Both the position numbers and the translations under genes were made by a program. A stretch of DNA of 61,047 nt, the filler included, from Jimgerdemannia flammicorona (Eukaryota), in the NCBI GenBank assembly GCA_003990765.1. It is 2 parts of 2 records of this genome, joined end to end, with 100 filler letters (N's around TTAATTAATTAA, not from the genome) between each part and the next. Parts side by side here need not be neighbours in the genome. Positions count along the whole stretch, not along the records: positions 30,580 to 61,047 come from RBNJ01000443.1; 1 more part is not named here. One strand, given 5' to 3'. The stretch's first letter is position 1; each line of letters begins with the position of its first letter. This document shows positions 51,074-61,047 of the stretch, in pieces. The notes below the pieces were generated by a model. The model searched no databases, was not told where the DNA came from, and saw only the letters and a program-made list of their open reading frames with translations.

Positions 51074-54000
51074 TACAATAATCTTAAGTATTAATAGAAA
51101 ACACAAGAAGCTTTAACCTATATGAGCTAAGCTACTAATAAAGCTCCAAAAGGCTTCTATCATTGGATTCAAGCTCAGATGGTTAAGATATAATTGCAAC
51201 CTACAGTTCAACTAGCCCAGGTCCCAACTAACTTTCTCAATAGAATATTCCCAGAGCTTCAAAGATAAGTTATTAGGATGGACTATTATAATGATTCCAG
51301 TTTCTTTAAGAGGAAGTAGCTAAATCTGGAAGTTTTAGTTGATCTAAAGTAGCTTGAAGAGATACTTAAAGGTTTAAGTGTTCTCAAAAGATTTCTGAGA
51401 GAAAATATTCTGAACTCTATTTAGGTAGAGAATAAGGATATTTATACATGATCTAAAAGAAACATCTGGAAGGATCTTGGAAAGAAAGAGAAATGCCAAG
51501 AAATAGATTTTTACCAGAGCTGACTAATAATATTCTACAATGTTCTAAAAGGTTCTATGACTAGCTAAGATAAGATACTTAGTATCAAGGAAAGACAAGA
51601 ATGTTCTAGTAGTGTCTGGGTGGTGAGAGAAGGTTTCTAATAGTGGAACATAGTAGAATGTTCAAGAAATGACAAGAAAAGACTAACTAAAAGATGCAAA
51701 AATGTACTAAGACTAAATATGACTGTGAAATTATAACATCCCTCCCTCTTTAAGAACCAATATCCTCATTGAGTTCTTAGGTAACATAAGACTAGATATA
51801 CTTAACCAAAATTCTTCAAACTTATATCAGTATATTGGCAGGAATTGGTCATTCTTATATAGAGCAGAGGGCCTATTATCAGACTAACCAACTAGGAGAG
51901 GTTTGAACCCAGCTATTAGCTTCATTTTGGTGGACTTCTTGTTCATTAAATGTTCTGCTGGTTCTGGGGTCTCAAAGTAAACTTCTGATATATAAGGCAC
52001 TAGTTATTGCCAGAGGTTATTGATAATCCAAGGAAGTCACTACAGAGATTGGATAATGCATTTTACCTTAAAGTCTTAAACTAGATCTTGAGAGTTCTTG
52101 AGGTTGACCAGTAGTTCCCAGGTAGCATTATATTCAGGGTAACCCATCCACTTGACTAGGTATTCAGGACAGTGGTAGTGGATTCATTTTTTAAGAATTT
52201 TCTTAGCTTCATACTCAATATGGTCTTTAATAATCACAGAAGCAGAAGGCTTAGAAATTTGACCAGGATAGGGTAGTGACTGGTTCCAGGTCTTGAGATG
52301 TGATACATGAAAGACTGGGTGTACTCTTATTGTTTCAGGTAGCTTGAGATGGTAGGTGAATGCAGAGACTTGTTCAGTAATCTCAAAAGGTCCAATATAT
52401 ATAGGTTAGAACTTGTTTGAAGAGTGGTTGTCTTGAGATTATATCTTGAGATTCTCAGTAGACAGTAGGACTTGATCTCTAACAATATAAGTGACATTAC
52501 CGCATTTCTTGTCAGTATACTTGGCTTGATACTATTGAGCCTTCTGAAGATTCACAATAGCAATCTTGAGTAGTTCATTCATTTTATCTATAAGGTTCTT
52601 GGCAGTTGGGTCTTGTGTTTAAATGCTTTTCTTAAAAGAAAATAGACTTGCAGAGGTGTTGAAATATTGACTATAAAGTAACCAAAAATGGGAAAGACCA
52701 GTAGATGATTGGATAGTATTGTTGTATATATACTCTGCATAAGTCAGATAGTGGTCTCAATCATCTTACTTGTAAGAAATATAGTTTCTAAGCATTTGTT
52801 CTAGAGTTCTGTCCATGCACTTGGTTTGTCCATTAGTTTGTAGGTGAAAGACAGTAGATATAGCCAATTGGGTTCCCAGGGTCTTAAGAGAGTTTGCCAG
52901 AAGTGACTGGTGAACCTGGGGGTCACAATCACTAACAATTACTTATAGTAGGCCATAGTAACAGAAGATGAACTTGAAGAAGATTCTTGCAATCTTGAAT
53001 GTAGTAGCATTGGTAGTGGTTGGTTCAGCAACCATAGTCTTGGTCAGGCAGTCAACAAATATGATGATAGCAATCAGCACCAGACTGAGTTTGTGGTAGT
53101 TGAGTTATAAAGTCTATGGTAACTTACTCAAATTTCTTGGTGGAAATTGGCAGTAGTTGTAGCAACTGGCTAGTGCTTAGTTGGAAGACTTATTGTGCTG
53201 ACATAAATTACAGCTGACAATATAGTTCTTGATTTCCTTGACCATGCTTGGTCAATAGTAGTGGTGTTGAATGTTCTTGACAGTCTTCTCAATTTCCAAG
53301 TAACTGACAAGAGAGAGTTATGATGTTCTTGCAAAACCTTGTAGCATAGGTTCATGTTTTCAGGTAGGTAGACTTGATCTTGATGAAAGATCAGGTTGTT
53401 CTTGACAGTATCTATATCCTTGAGCTCATTTGAGAAAACTCTTTTGGCAACTGTGTCTTCTTTGTAAGCTTGCCTGATTTGGTCTAGGAATTCTGATACC
53501 AAGGTGACCTGTATGATTGTGGTGAGGTCTGGGTATCTTGATAAGGCATCTGGTACTACAAGTATCTTGTCAGGCTTGTAGATGATCACCAGGTTGAAGG
53601 TTTGAAGCTTGAGGCTCAACTTGGCTTGTAAATGTAACAGGGTAGATTGGGTGTTGATGTACTTAAGAGATTGATAATCAGTAATGACATCAAACTCAAT
53701 ACCTTCTAGATAGCATTGCCAGTGGTCTAGTGTATGTATTATTGCCAGTAGTTCCTTCTCATAAGTGGCTAGCTTTTGTTCAGCTAGGGCCAACTTGTGG
53801 GACTTGAAAGTAATAGGATGATGTCCTTTGTCATCATCTTATAACAGGACTGCTCCAATAGCAAAATTTGATGGATCAGTGGTGACTGTGAATTTTAGGT
53901 CTTGATTAGCATTATGTAGGACTAGAGCATGGGTCAGGTGGTTCTTGAGTTCTTAAAAGGCTTATTGACAAAAGAGGTCCCAGGTATAGGGTATATAGTG

Positions 54001-54958
54001 GTCTGAGTGTAGGGCCTTCTTCATAAGGTTAGTCAGTGGCTCAGTAATACTAGAGAAGTTTCTGACAAAGCAGTAGTAGTAGCCAGCTTGACCAAGGAAG
54101 GATCAGAGTTTGACAGAATGAGTCATTCTTCAATTACTTCTATCTTGTTTGGGTCTACTTGAATTCCTTATATAGAGACAATGTGGCCAAGGTATTTAAC
54201 TTGTTTCTTGAAGAATTTATACTTCTTGAGCTTGACATAAAGCTTGTGTTATTATTGGATCTCCAGAACTATTCAAATGCATTTGAGGTATTCTTCTTTA
54301 ATTGCACTAAAGATCAGAATATTATCAAGATATACCAATAGGAAAATAAATTGTTAGTCCTTGAATATCTTATTTATCAGAGTCTGGAATATAGCAGGTG
54401 CATTGGTGAGACCAAATGCTAAGACGAGAAATTTGTAGAGTCCAAAGGGGGTTATAAATACAGTCTTGGGAATGTCTTCTGGCTTGATTTGAATCTGGTG
54501 GTACTCTGATATGAGATCTAACTTGGTGAAGTACTTGGTATTCTTGAGAGCATCAAAGATTTGATCAATTAAGAGTAGCAGATAGCAGTTCTTGACAGTG
54601 AGTTTGTTGAGTATATGGTAGTCTATACATATTTGCAGGGTACTATTCTTCTTCTTGACAAATAAGACTAGTAAGCCATAAGGAGATTTGCTTGGCTGAA
54701 TGGTTCCTCATGTAGATAGTTCTTCTAGTTCTTTCTTAACTGCTTCAATTTCAAGTGATAACATATGATATATGTAATTCTTATATGGTATAACTCCTGG
54801 GATCAGTTTAATTTCATAATCAACTTCTTGTATAGGTGGTAGACCAGGTAGCTTGTCTGGAAAGATATCCTTGAATTCTTCTAGCAGTAACTTAACACTT
54901 TCATTGACTGATAGACTCTTGTCTCATTTCTTGGGACAGACTATTATAATAAAGATAT
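51074..54958 (-). mobile_element. Chromovirus-type Ty3 family E 3' part (RT-RH-IN-chromodomain, PPT, 3' LTR ending at 51738; left LTR boundary approximate)
   Basis: VYLDNILIFS; YEKELLAI..LDHW; SDCDPRFTS; EYLVKWMGYP..NATWE chromodomain ~52100-52220; PPT AAGAGGGAGGGA then TGTTAT. Confidence 0.85.
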
Positions 54959-56335
54959 TGTAACATGCCGGCTCAATGGAGGCAAATTACAAGGTTGGGG
55001 GTTGATGTAGTTTGGCTTGAGCCCCCAGTTACTTTGTCAAAAAGCAACAAAATGTTCTTAGATTCCTGAGGTCCTTGGTGTTTAGTAGTACAATAGTCAA
55101 AGCTGGATGTCCGTGAGCAATTTCCTTATTGGGATGGTTCCCTGGGTATAGTGGCAATTCATGTGTCTTTTCCTTCTTGGGTCAACTGAAAATGATACAA
55201 TTTTGTGTAGCGAGGTAATTTCCAAAAGTATGCGATTTCTGGGTAATGGTCTTGGTGCAACGATCCTTATGTAGCATGACAATCTCTGCATAACGATCCT
55301 CATGTAGCATGACGATTTCCAAAAGTATGCAATTTCTGGTGGATAGCTCGATTTGGCTCACTGGGAATGTAAGGTATGGGTTCTTCTTACTGGGAATAAT
55401 AGCTCGGATGACGCGGATAATTCGAATAACTGGGAATAATGCTGGCAGTAGATAACTTGATAACTCGGGCTCACTGGGAACAACAAATAACTCAGATGGC
55501 ATGAATTGGGCTCTTCTGGGAATGTGGATAACTTAGAAATGGCGGATGATGCAGATTCTTCCTGAATTAGTGGACTTCTTGAAAATGGCAGCTTAACTGG
55601 GAATTAACTCAGATGGTGCAGATTCTTCCTGAATCAGTGGCTTCAACTGGGAATACGGCAGAAAGGGTCTCTTGGCAAAGTTATGTTAAAGACTGGCTTC
55701 ATTTGCATGACGAATCACTGCAAAGTTGCATCAGTAACTGGCTTGAGCAAGGCGGCTTTCTTGGGAAGGCAGAGAATAACTTGGAAATGGCGGCTTATTC
55801 CTTAAGCAGTGGACTACTCAAATGGTTGCAAAGTTCTTCCTTGAACTTGGTGGCAAATCAGCTTTGTATTGGAAAGTGGACCGGAGTAGAAAGGGGAAAT
55901 AAGCTCACAATCTCCTAATAGTGGCTATAGAGTTCCTCTTGAAGTGTGGTAGGCAGACTTGTCTTTTGCTTCATTTTCGGACTTTTCAGACTGAGGTTCA
56001 TTCACTCTTGTCTCTGGGGTAATTTATACAAGTTGGTTGCTATCTGGTTACTATGTGGCTAACTATAGATCTACTACTTATGGCAGGTGTACAGAGTCTG
56101 TATGGTGTACAGGACCTGTACAGTGTACAGAGTCTGGATGGTGTACAGAGTCTGTACAGGTAAACAGACTCTTTCTGGTATGTCTGGCTATTTATACAGT
56201 TTTCTGCAGCAATGGTTGCTGGTTACTATACTGTGTGTTCACATCATCTTGCCTAATTATTCACATCATCTGGTTAAGGTGTTTTGGTTCATCACATCAG
56301 CCCCCACTGAAGGGTAGTCTGTCCCAGACTATTCT

Positions 56336-56851
56336 TCAGTCATCATCCCAATAAGTATAGGCTGCTTCTGCATCTATACTTGTTCCATCATCTTCATTGT
56401 CTGTACTGGGATAACTCTATTCTATAGACTCTTCTTCTTCTTCAGGAAATAGAATTTTGACAGAGTTGATGATACTCAAATAGATAACAGGGTTCATTTC
56501 TTGAATATCATTCAGGGAGAATTGTGCCTGTGTCAGGGCTGTGACATTTCGTTTGTAAATGGTGTATAGTCTGTCTGCAGCAGTAGTGTCTCTTCTGGTC
56601 AGACCTGTGGTATTCCTGATGTAGGTCTGTTCTCGGGCTGGGAGGTTCTGCAATTGTTTACCGATTGCATAATAGGCCTGCAGTTGGTGGACTTGTAGTA
56701 GGCACTTGGCCAGGGTGAGATTTTCTTGATGTGTTTGGATCCTTTGAAGGGGGCTTCCATTGGCTTGGCCAAATTGGGGCAGAGGGACTGGTAGGGCTTG
56801 GAAGGAGCTGAGGACCAATGTCTGGAGGTGCTGATCGATCCTTTGGCTCAT
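56336..56851 (-). CDS. ORF3 accessory protein of family C (144 aa open; 171 aa if TAG is read as TGG as in the other copy)
   Basis: ATGA overlap with the pol stop at 56848-56851; acidic tail SYPSTDNEDDGTSIDAEAAYTYWDDD. Confidence 0.8.
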
Positions 56852-59729
56852 GGTGTAGAGGGGAAATATAGTTTGAGGTGATTGATGTGTACTGGTGTTC
56901 TCAGGGTTTGTTCATCTATGCTTCTTAAATAGATATTAGTTCCTCTGATATTGTGTACAAGATAAGGTCCTTCCCATTTTGGTTCTAGTTTGGCAGCAAA
57001 GTTTGTCTCAATCATGCTTCTCCAAACTAGGACTTGATCTCCAATCTTGATCTCCTGATCCTTCTGTTTTCGGTTATAATACTTCTTTTGTCTTTCCTGA
57101 GCTTTGATAATCTGTCCTTGGGCTTGATTATGTAGCTGTTCTGCCTTCTTGAGGAGGTCTCTGAGATTCTCATGGTCAGCAGTTCTGGTTCTCTTGGCAA
57201 ACATCATTTCAAATGGCTTTTGTTTGGTGGATGTGGCAGGGGTGTTCCAAATTTCCCATAGGATCTCAGGTAAGCAGAGGTTGCAAATAGTAGGATTGAC
57301 TCGGGCAAGTCCTTTCTTGATGGTCTGATTCATTCTCTCTATCATGCCATTGGTCTGAGGGTAGTATGATGTGGTCCTTTTGAGGTAGATCTTGTGAATT
57401 CAGGCATAACTTGTGATTATGTTGTTAATGAATTCCATGCCTCGGTTAGAGGTGAGTTCTTCTGGAGGTCCATATCTGAGTGTGAGTCTATGGAGGAGGC
57501 CTACAATGGTTAAGGCATCTGCGATTTCCATCAGGAAAGCCTCAGGCCACTTGGTCAGATGTTCTACAAATACAAGGATATATTTGTTTCTTCTTGGTGT
57601 AACTGGTAGAGGTCCAATTATATCTACTCTCCATCTCTGAAAGATGTGAGTGGGTGGGGGAATCGGTTGCAAAGGGGCTTGATAGTTCTTCTTTCCTTGG
57701 TACTTCTGGCAAGTGTCACATTTCTGGATGATATCTCAGACTTGAGTTCTGAGGTGAGGCCAGTGTTGATACAGTTTTCAAATCTTGTCTTCTGTACTTA
57801 TTTGTCCTTGATGAGCCTTCTGATGTTCTTTATGGATGAGATCTCCTTGTGCCTTGATGGTCTGAGGAGCTTCCTTTAGAGTGTAGTTCCTCAGAACACC
57901 CTTCTTCTGGTTCATTGGGGCTGGCAGGAAAGTACATTAACATTGTTGTGAGCTTTCTCTACTTTGTGGATAATGGTGATTTTGTAATCCTGAAGGATAA
58001 GGATCCAGCAGGCTAGGATTCTGGTGGGTTCCTTGCAGTTGAATAACTATTTAAAGGCTGCATGGTCTGTGATCAGGGTGAACATTTTTCCAATGAGGTA
58101 ATGCTTGAACAGGGTGACTGCCCATATGACTGCAAGGTATTCCAGTTTGGTGCTGCCATAGTTCATCTGCTGCTGGTTGGTAGCTCTGCTTACATAAGCT
58201 ATCACATGATGCTGTTGATCAGGTCCTTCTTGGGACAGTACTGCCCCGAGGCCATCTTTAGAAGCATCTGTATACAAGATGAATGGCTTCTGTAGATTGG
58301 GGCACACAAGGATTGGTGCTGTAGTCATGCAGTTCTTGAGTTCTCTGAAGGCTTTTTCCTGTGACTCTGTTCATTTGAATGGCACTTCTTTCTTGAGAAG
58401 GATTCAGATTGGGGCAGCGATTTGGGCAAAATCTTTGATAAACCTTCTGTAGTAGGATACTAGCATCAAGAATGATAGTGTTTCCTTTGGAGTCTTAGGT
58501 ACCAGCCAATTGTTGATCTTCTCAGTTTTCTTTGGGTCTGCATGAGTTCCTTCTTTTGAAACCATGAATCCCAAGAATTCAAGTTTCTGTTTCCCAAAGT
58601 AGCATTTCTTTGCATTTAATCTCAAGTGATTCTTGCAGGTGAGCTTGAAGAATTCCTCTAGGTGGTGCAGGTGTTCTTCGAAATTTGCTGAATAGATGTT
58701 GGAATCATGCATGTATACAATCAGACAGTGATGGATCAAGGGAGCATAGACCAAATTCATCATCCTCTGGAATGTGGGGGGTATATTGCAGAGTCCAAAG
58801 GGCATTCAGAGGTATTCAAACAGTTTTCCTAGAGCAAGGAAGGCTGTCTTTTGAATGTCCTTGGGGTCCATGGAGATCTCATGGAATCCTGCAAAGAGGT
58901 CCATACTGCTGAAGTATCTGGCATCTTGTAACTGGTCCAAAAGGTCATCGATTCTGGGCAAAGGATAAGTATCCTTTTCAGTGACTGAGTTGAGTTTTCT
59001 GTAATCCACACAGAGTCTCCATCCTCCTTTCTTTGGTACAATAAGTATAGGGCTGGCCCAGGGGCTGGTAGAGGGTCAGATGACTCCATTGTCTAAAAGT
59101 TCTTATATGTGCTCTTTTTCGAATGTTTTTAAGTGATGGGGTATTCTATAGAGTTTCTGCTGGATGGGTGTTGCATTTCCTATATTTATGCTGTGGTGAT
59201 ATGATGGGTTGTATGGCAGGTTGCTATAATTGGTGATGAAGATATCTTGATATTTGTTGAGAAGTTCTACTAGTTGTTGCTGTTGTTGAGGTGTCAATTC
59301 TTCCCCAATGTTGGTGGAAGGCTTCACTGTCTCCTGGGTCGCAGAGGGGCCTTTCCTTTCTTCTGGGACCTTTTGCCGTTTCCTGATAGGTTTAGTTCAT
59401 AAATCTCCCTGTGAGTTCAGTTGAGAAAAGGCACCAGATGTCCTATGATGGTTCCTTTCAGTAAGATGATGGTCTCCTAACTTTGGTTGGTTGCTCGGGA
59501 GTGTACTGGGTTCATTTTGTCAGGGAATGTGTGTCCCTCTACGTCCAGATGTGGAATGTCTTCCTTGGGTTCAAAGAAAAGATTTCTGGGGTCGGGTGGT
59601 GCAAAGATTTCAAAGGTAGTTTGTTCTCTGGGCTCCAGGATGAGATTCTTGTGCAGTCTAACTGGTAGCCAGTACACTTGCTGGGGAACATTCCTCTTGA
59701 GGTGGTTGACTTGAAGGAGATGTACCTCC

Positions 59730-60130
59730 TTCCTGTCTGAACTTCCGAATCCTTTGGCTTGCCTTGTTCCCTCAGTTAGCTCAGAAACTTCCTGTAACTG
59801 TGGGGTCTTCATCTTCATGAAGACTGCTTGGGCAATCTTCTGTCCTCTAATGATTCAGTGCCATTCTGTACTGCTGTTGTGTAGGATGTCTTTAATTTCA
59901 CCTGTATATCCTGGGTCAATGGTTCCTCCTTCTACAGTTATCCCTTGTCTAGCAAGTCCAGACCTTGAGATCAGTTGAATATAAGCTCCTTGAGGTGGCT
60001 GCATGGCTAATCCGGTTCTGACCATGAAGGTTTTTCCAGGCTTGATAGATTCATCCTCCAGGCTGTGAAGATCGTATCTTACATCCTCTGGGTGGGCTTT
60101 GGTCGGGGGTTTGGCCTTGGGGTGCAGCAG
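59730..60130 (-). pseudogene. dUTPase domain of family C
   Basis: All five dUTPase motifs recognisable; one internal stop. Confidence 0.9.
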
Positions 60131-60662
60131 GGCATACTGGGCAATATCCTTGCTGAGTTTGGGCTTTCCTAAGGCTGAAGCTCTACTAGCAGAGAGCCTC
60201 CAGGCTCTGAGGTTGAGGTGTGGCCATCTGGCTCCAGTAGCGGGGTCTCGGAGATAGTTGATTCCTCTTCTTCCTATAGGGTCTAGGGCTTCCATGATGT
60301 TGGCAGTATCTTCTGCCCATCCTTGGCAGGTTGCATGTCTGATGAGAGCTAGGATGTCTTCTCCCAAATCATAGATCTTGAGGATTCTTTTTCCTGGCTT
60401 CTTGGTCTGGCTTTTTCGAATCTGGCTTTTTCAGATCTGGCTTCAGTTATCTCCTTTCCTCAAAGTGTGCACTGCAATATCATAACTGAGGTGAATCTTC
60501 TGATGTCTGCAGTCTTGGCAGTCAGGGTGTCTCCCATGGTTGCAATATCCCATTGCTCGGAAATGGTATTCCTAGCTGTTTATCTCCTGTTGTCTTGGGA
60601 ATCAGTACCCATCTTGATCATAGGTGGGTGGAAGGGTAGACAAGGGATCGTATGCAGGGCAT

Positions 60663-61047
60663 CATCTTTCTCCGGTAACATTCAGGTTACACAAGACTCA
60701 GACAACACTTTCTACAACGTATTTGGTGTTCAACGACTAACAACATGGATGGCAACAATTGATCTGGTGAGCGTACTGGCCAGGGGGGTGGTGGCGCCTT
60801 TGGCTGGCAGCAGGTGGGGAGGAGGGGAGATGGTTTGGGGATGCCAGGGGCCTCAATGGCTAGCCGGGGCCCCAGCGGCGGAGGGAGGGGAGGTCTGAGG
60901 CAGAGAGGAGGGGAGAGGACGACCTTTGCTGACAAGGTCAGGATGGGGGTGATGGCTTCTGGGCTGGATAGTTGGCTGGGCCTGGGGAAGGCGTCGATGG
61001 CTACTACCGGGGGTCAAGGAGGTGCACCCCAGGGTGCTTCTGGTGGT
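60663..61047 (+). mobile_element. 5' end of a second L1/Tx1-like LINE related to 30580-36265
   Basis: Shared start CATCTTTCTCCG..ATTCA.GTTACACA; similar G-rich ORF1 start (antisense LPTCCQ.KAP in both). Confidence 0.75.

Larger units (their letters stand above)
54959..60662 (-). mobile_element. Ty3 family C copy (dUTPase-RT-RH-IN-ORF3-3' LTR 54959-56296), interrupted by a LINE at ~60663
   Basis: RYDL, SRSGL, GGTIDPGYTGEI, GFGSSD; DYRKLN, MPFGL; LYTDAS; WEGPY; PPT at 56297-56311. Confidence 0.93.

Overview
Gene-free, AT-rich, nested transposon cluster from a eukaryote. A fungus, possibly an early-diverging lineage, is a low-confidence inference from the TE repertoire and mutation pattern. No intact host gene, RNA gene or CRISPR array is visible. 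(1) A 17.5-kb foldback-like hAT element (3342-20888, exact 8-bp TSD ATTATTAA) has ~5-kb inverted arms, each holding a ~3.3-kb 18-bp minisatellite. The arms enclose a BED-finger hAT transposase pseudogene, a divergently oriented cargo ORF and a 1.4-kb hairpin. (2) There are five Ty3/gypsy families (A-E): three carry dUTPase and one carries a chromodomain. (3) A PIF/Harbinger remnant and two related L1/Tx1-like LINEs are also present. (4) An artificial N-TTAATTAATTAA-N contig linker lies at 30480-30579. The most novel candidate system is a small accessory protein family with a Y/F-x-x-G-x-x-L ... A-x-R-I-Y/H-x-L-F-like core, usually followed by an acidic tail. It appears as ORF3 overlapping the pol stop in two Ty3 families, inside the LTR of a third family, and as cargo of the giant hAT. 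Repeats show heavy CpG and CpA C-to-T decay resembling RIP.
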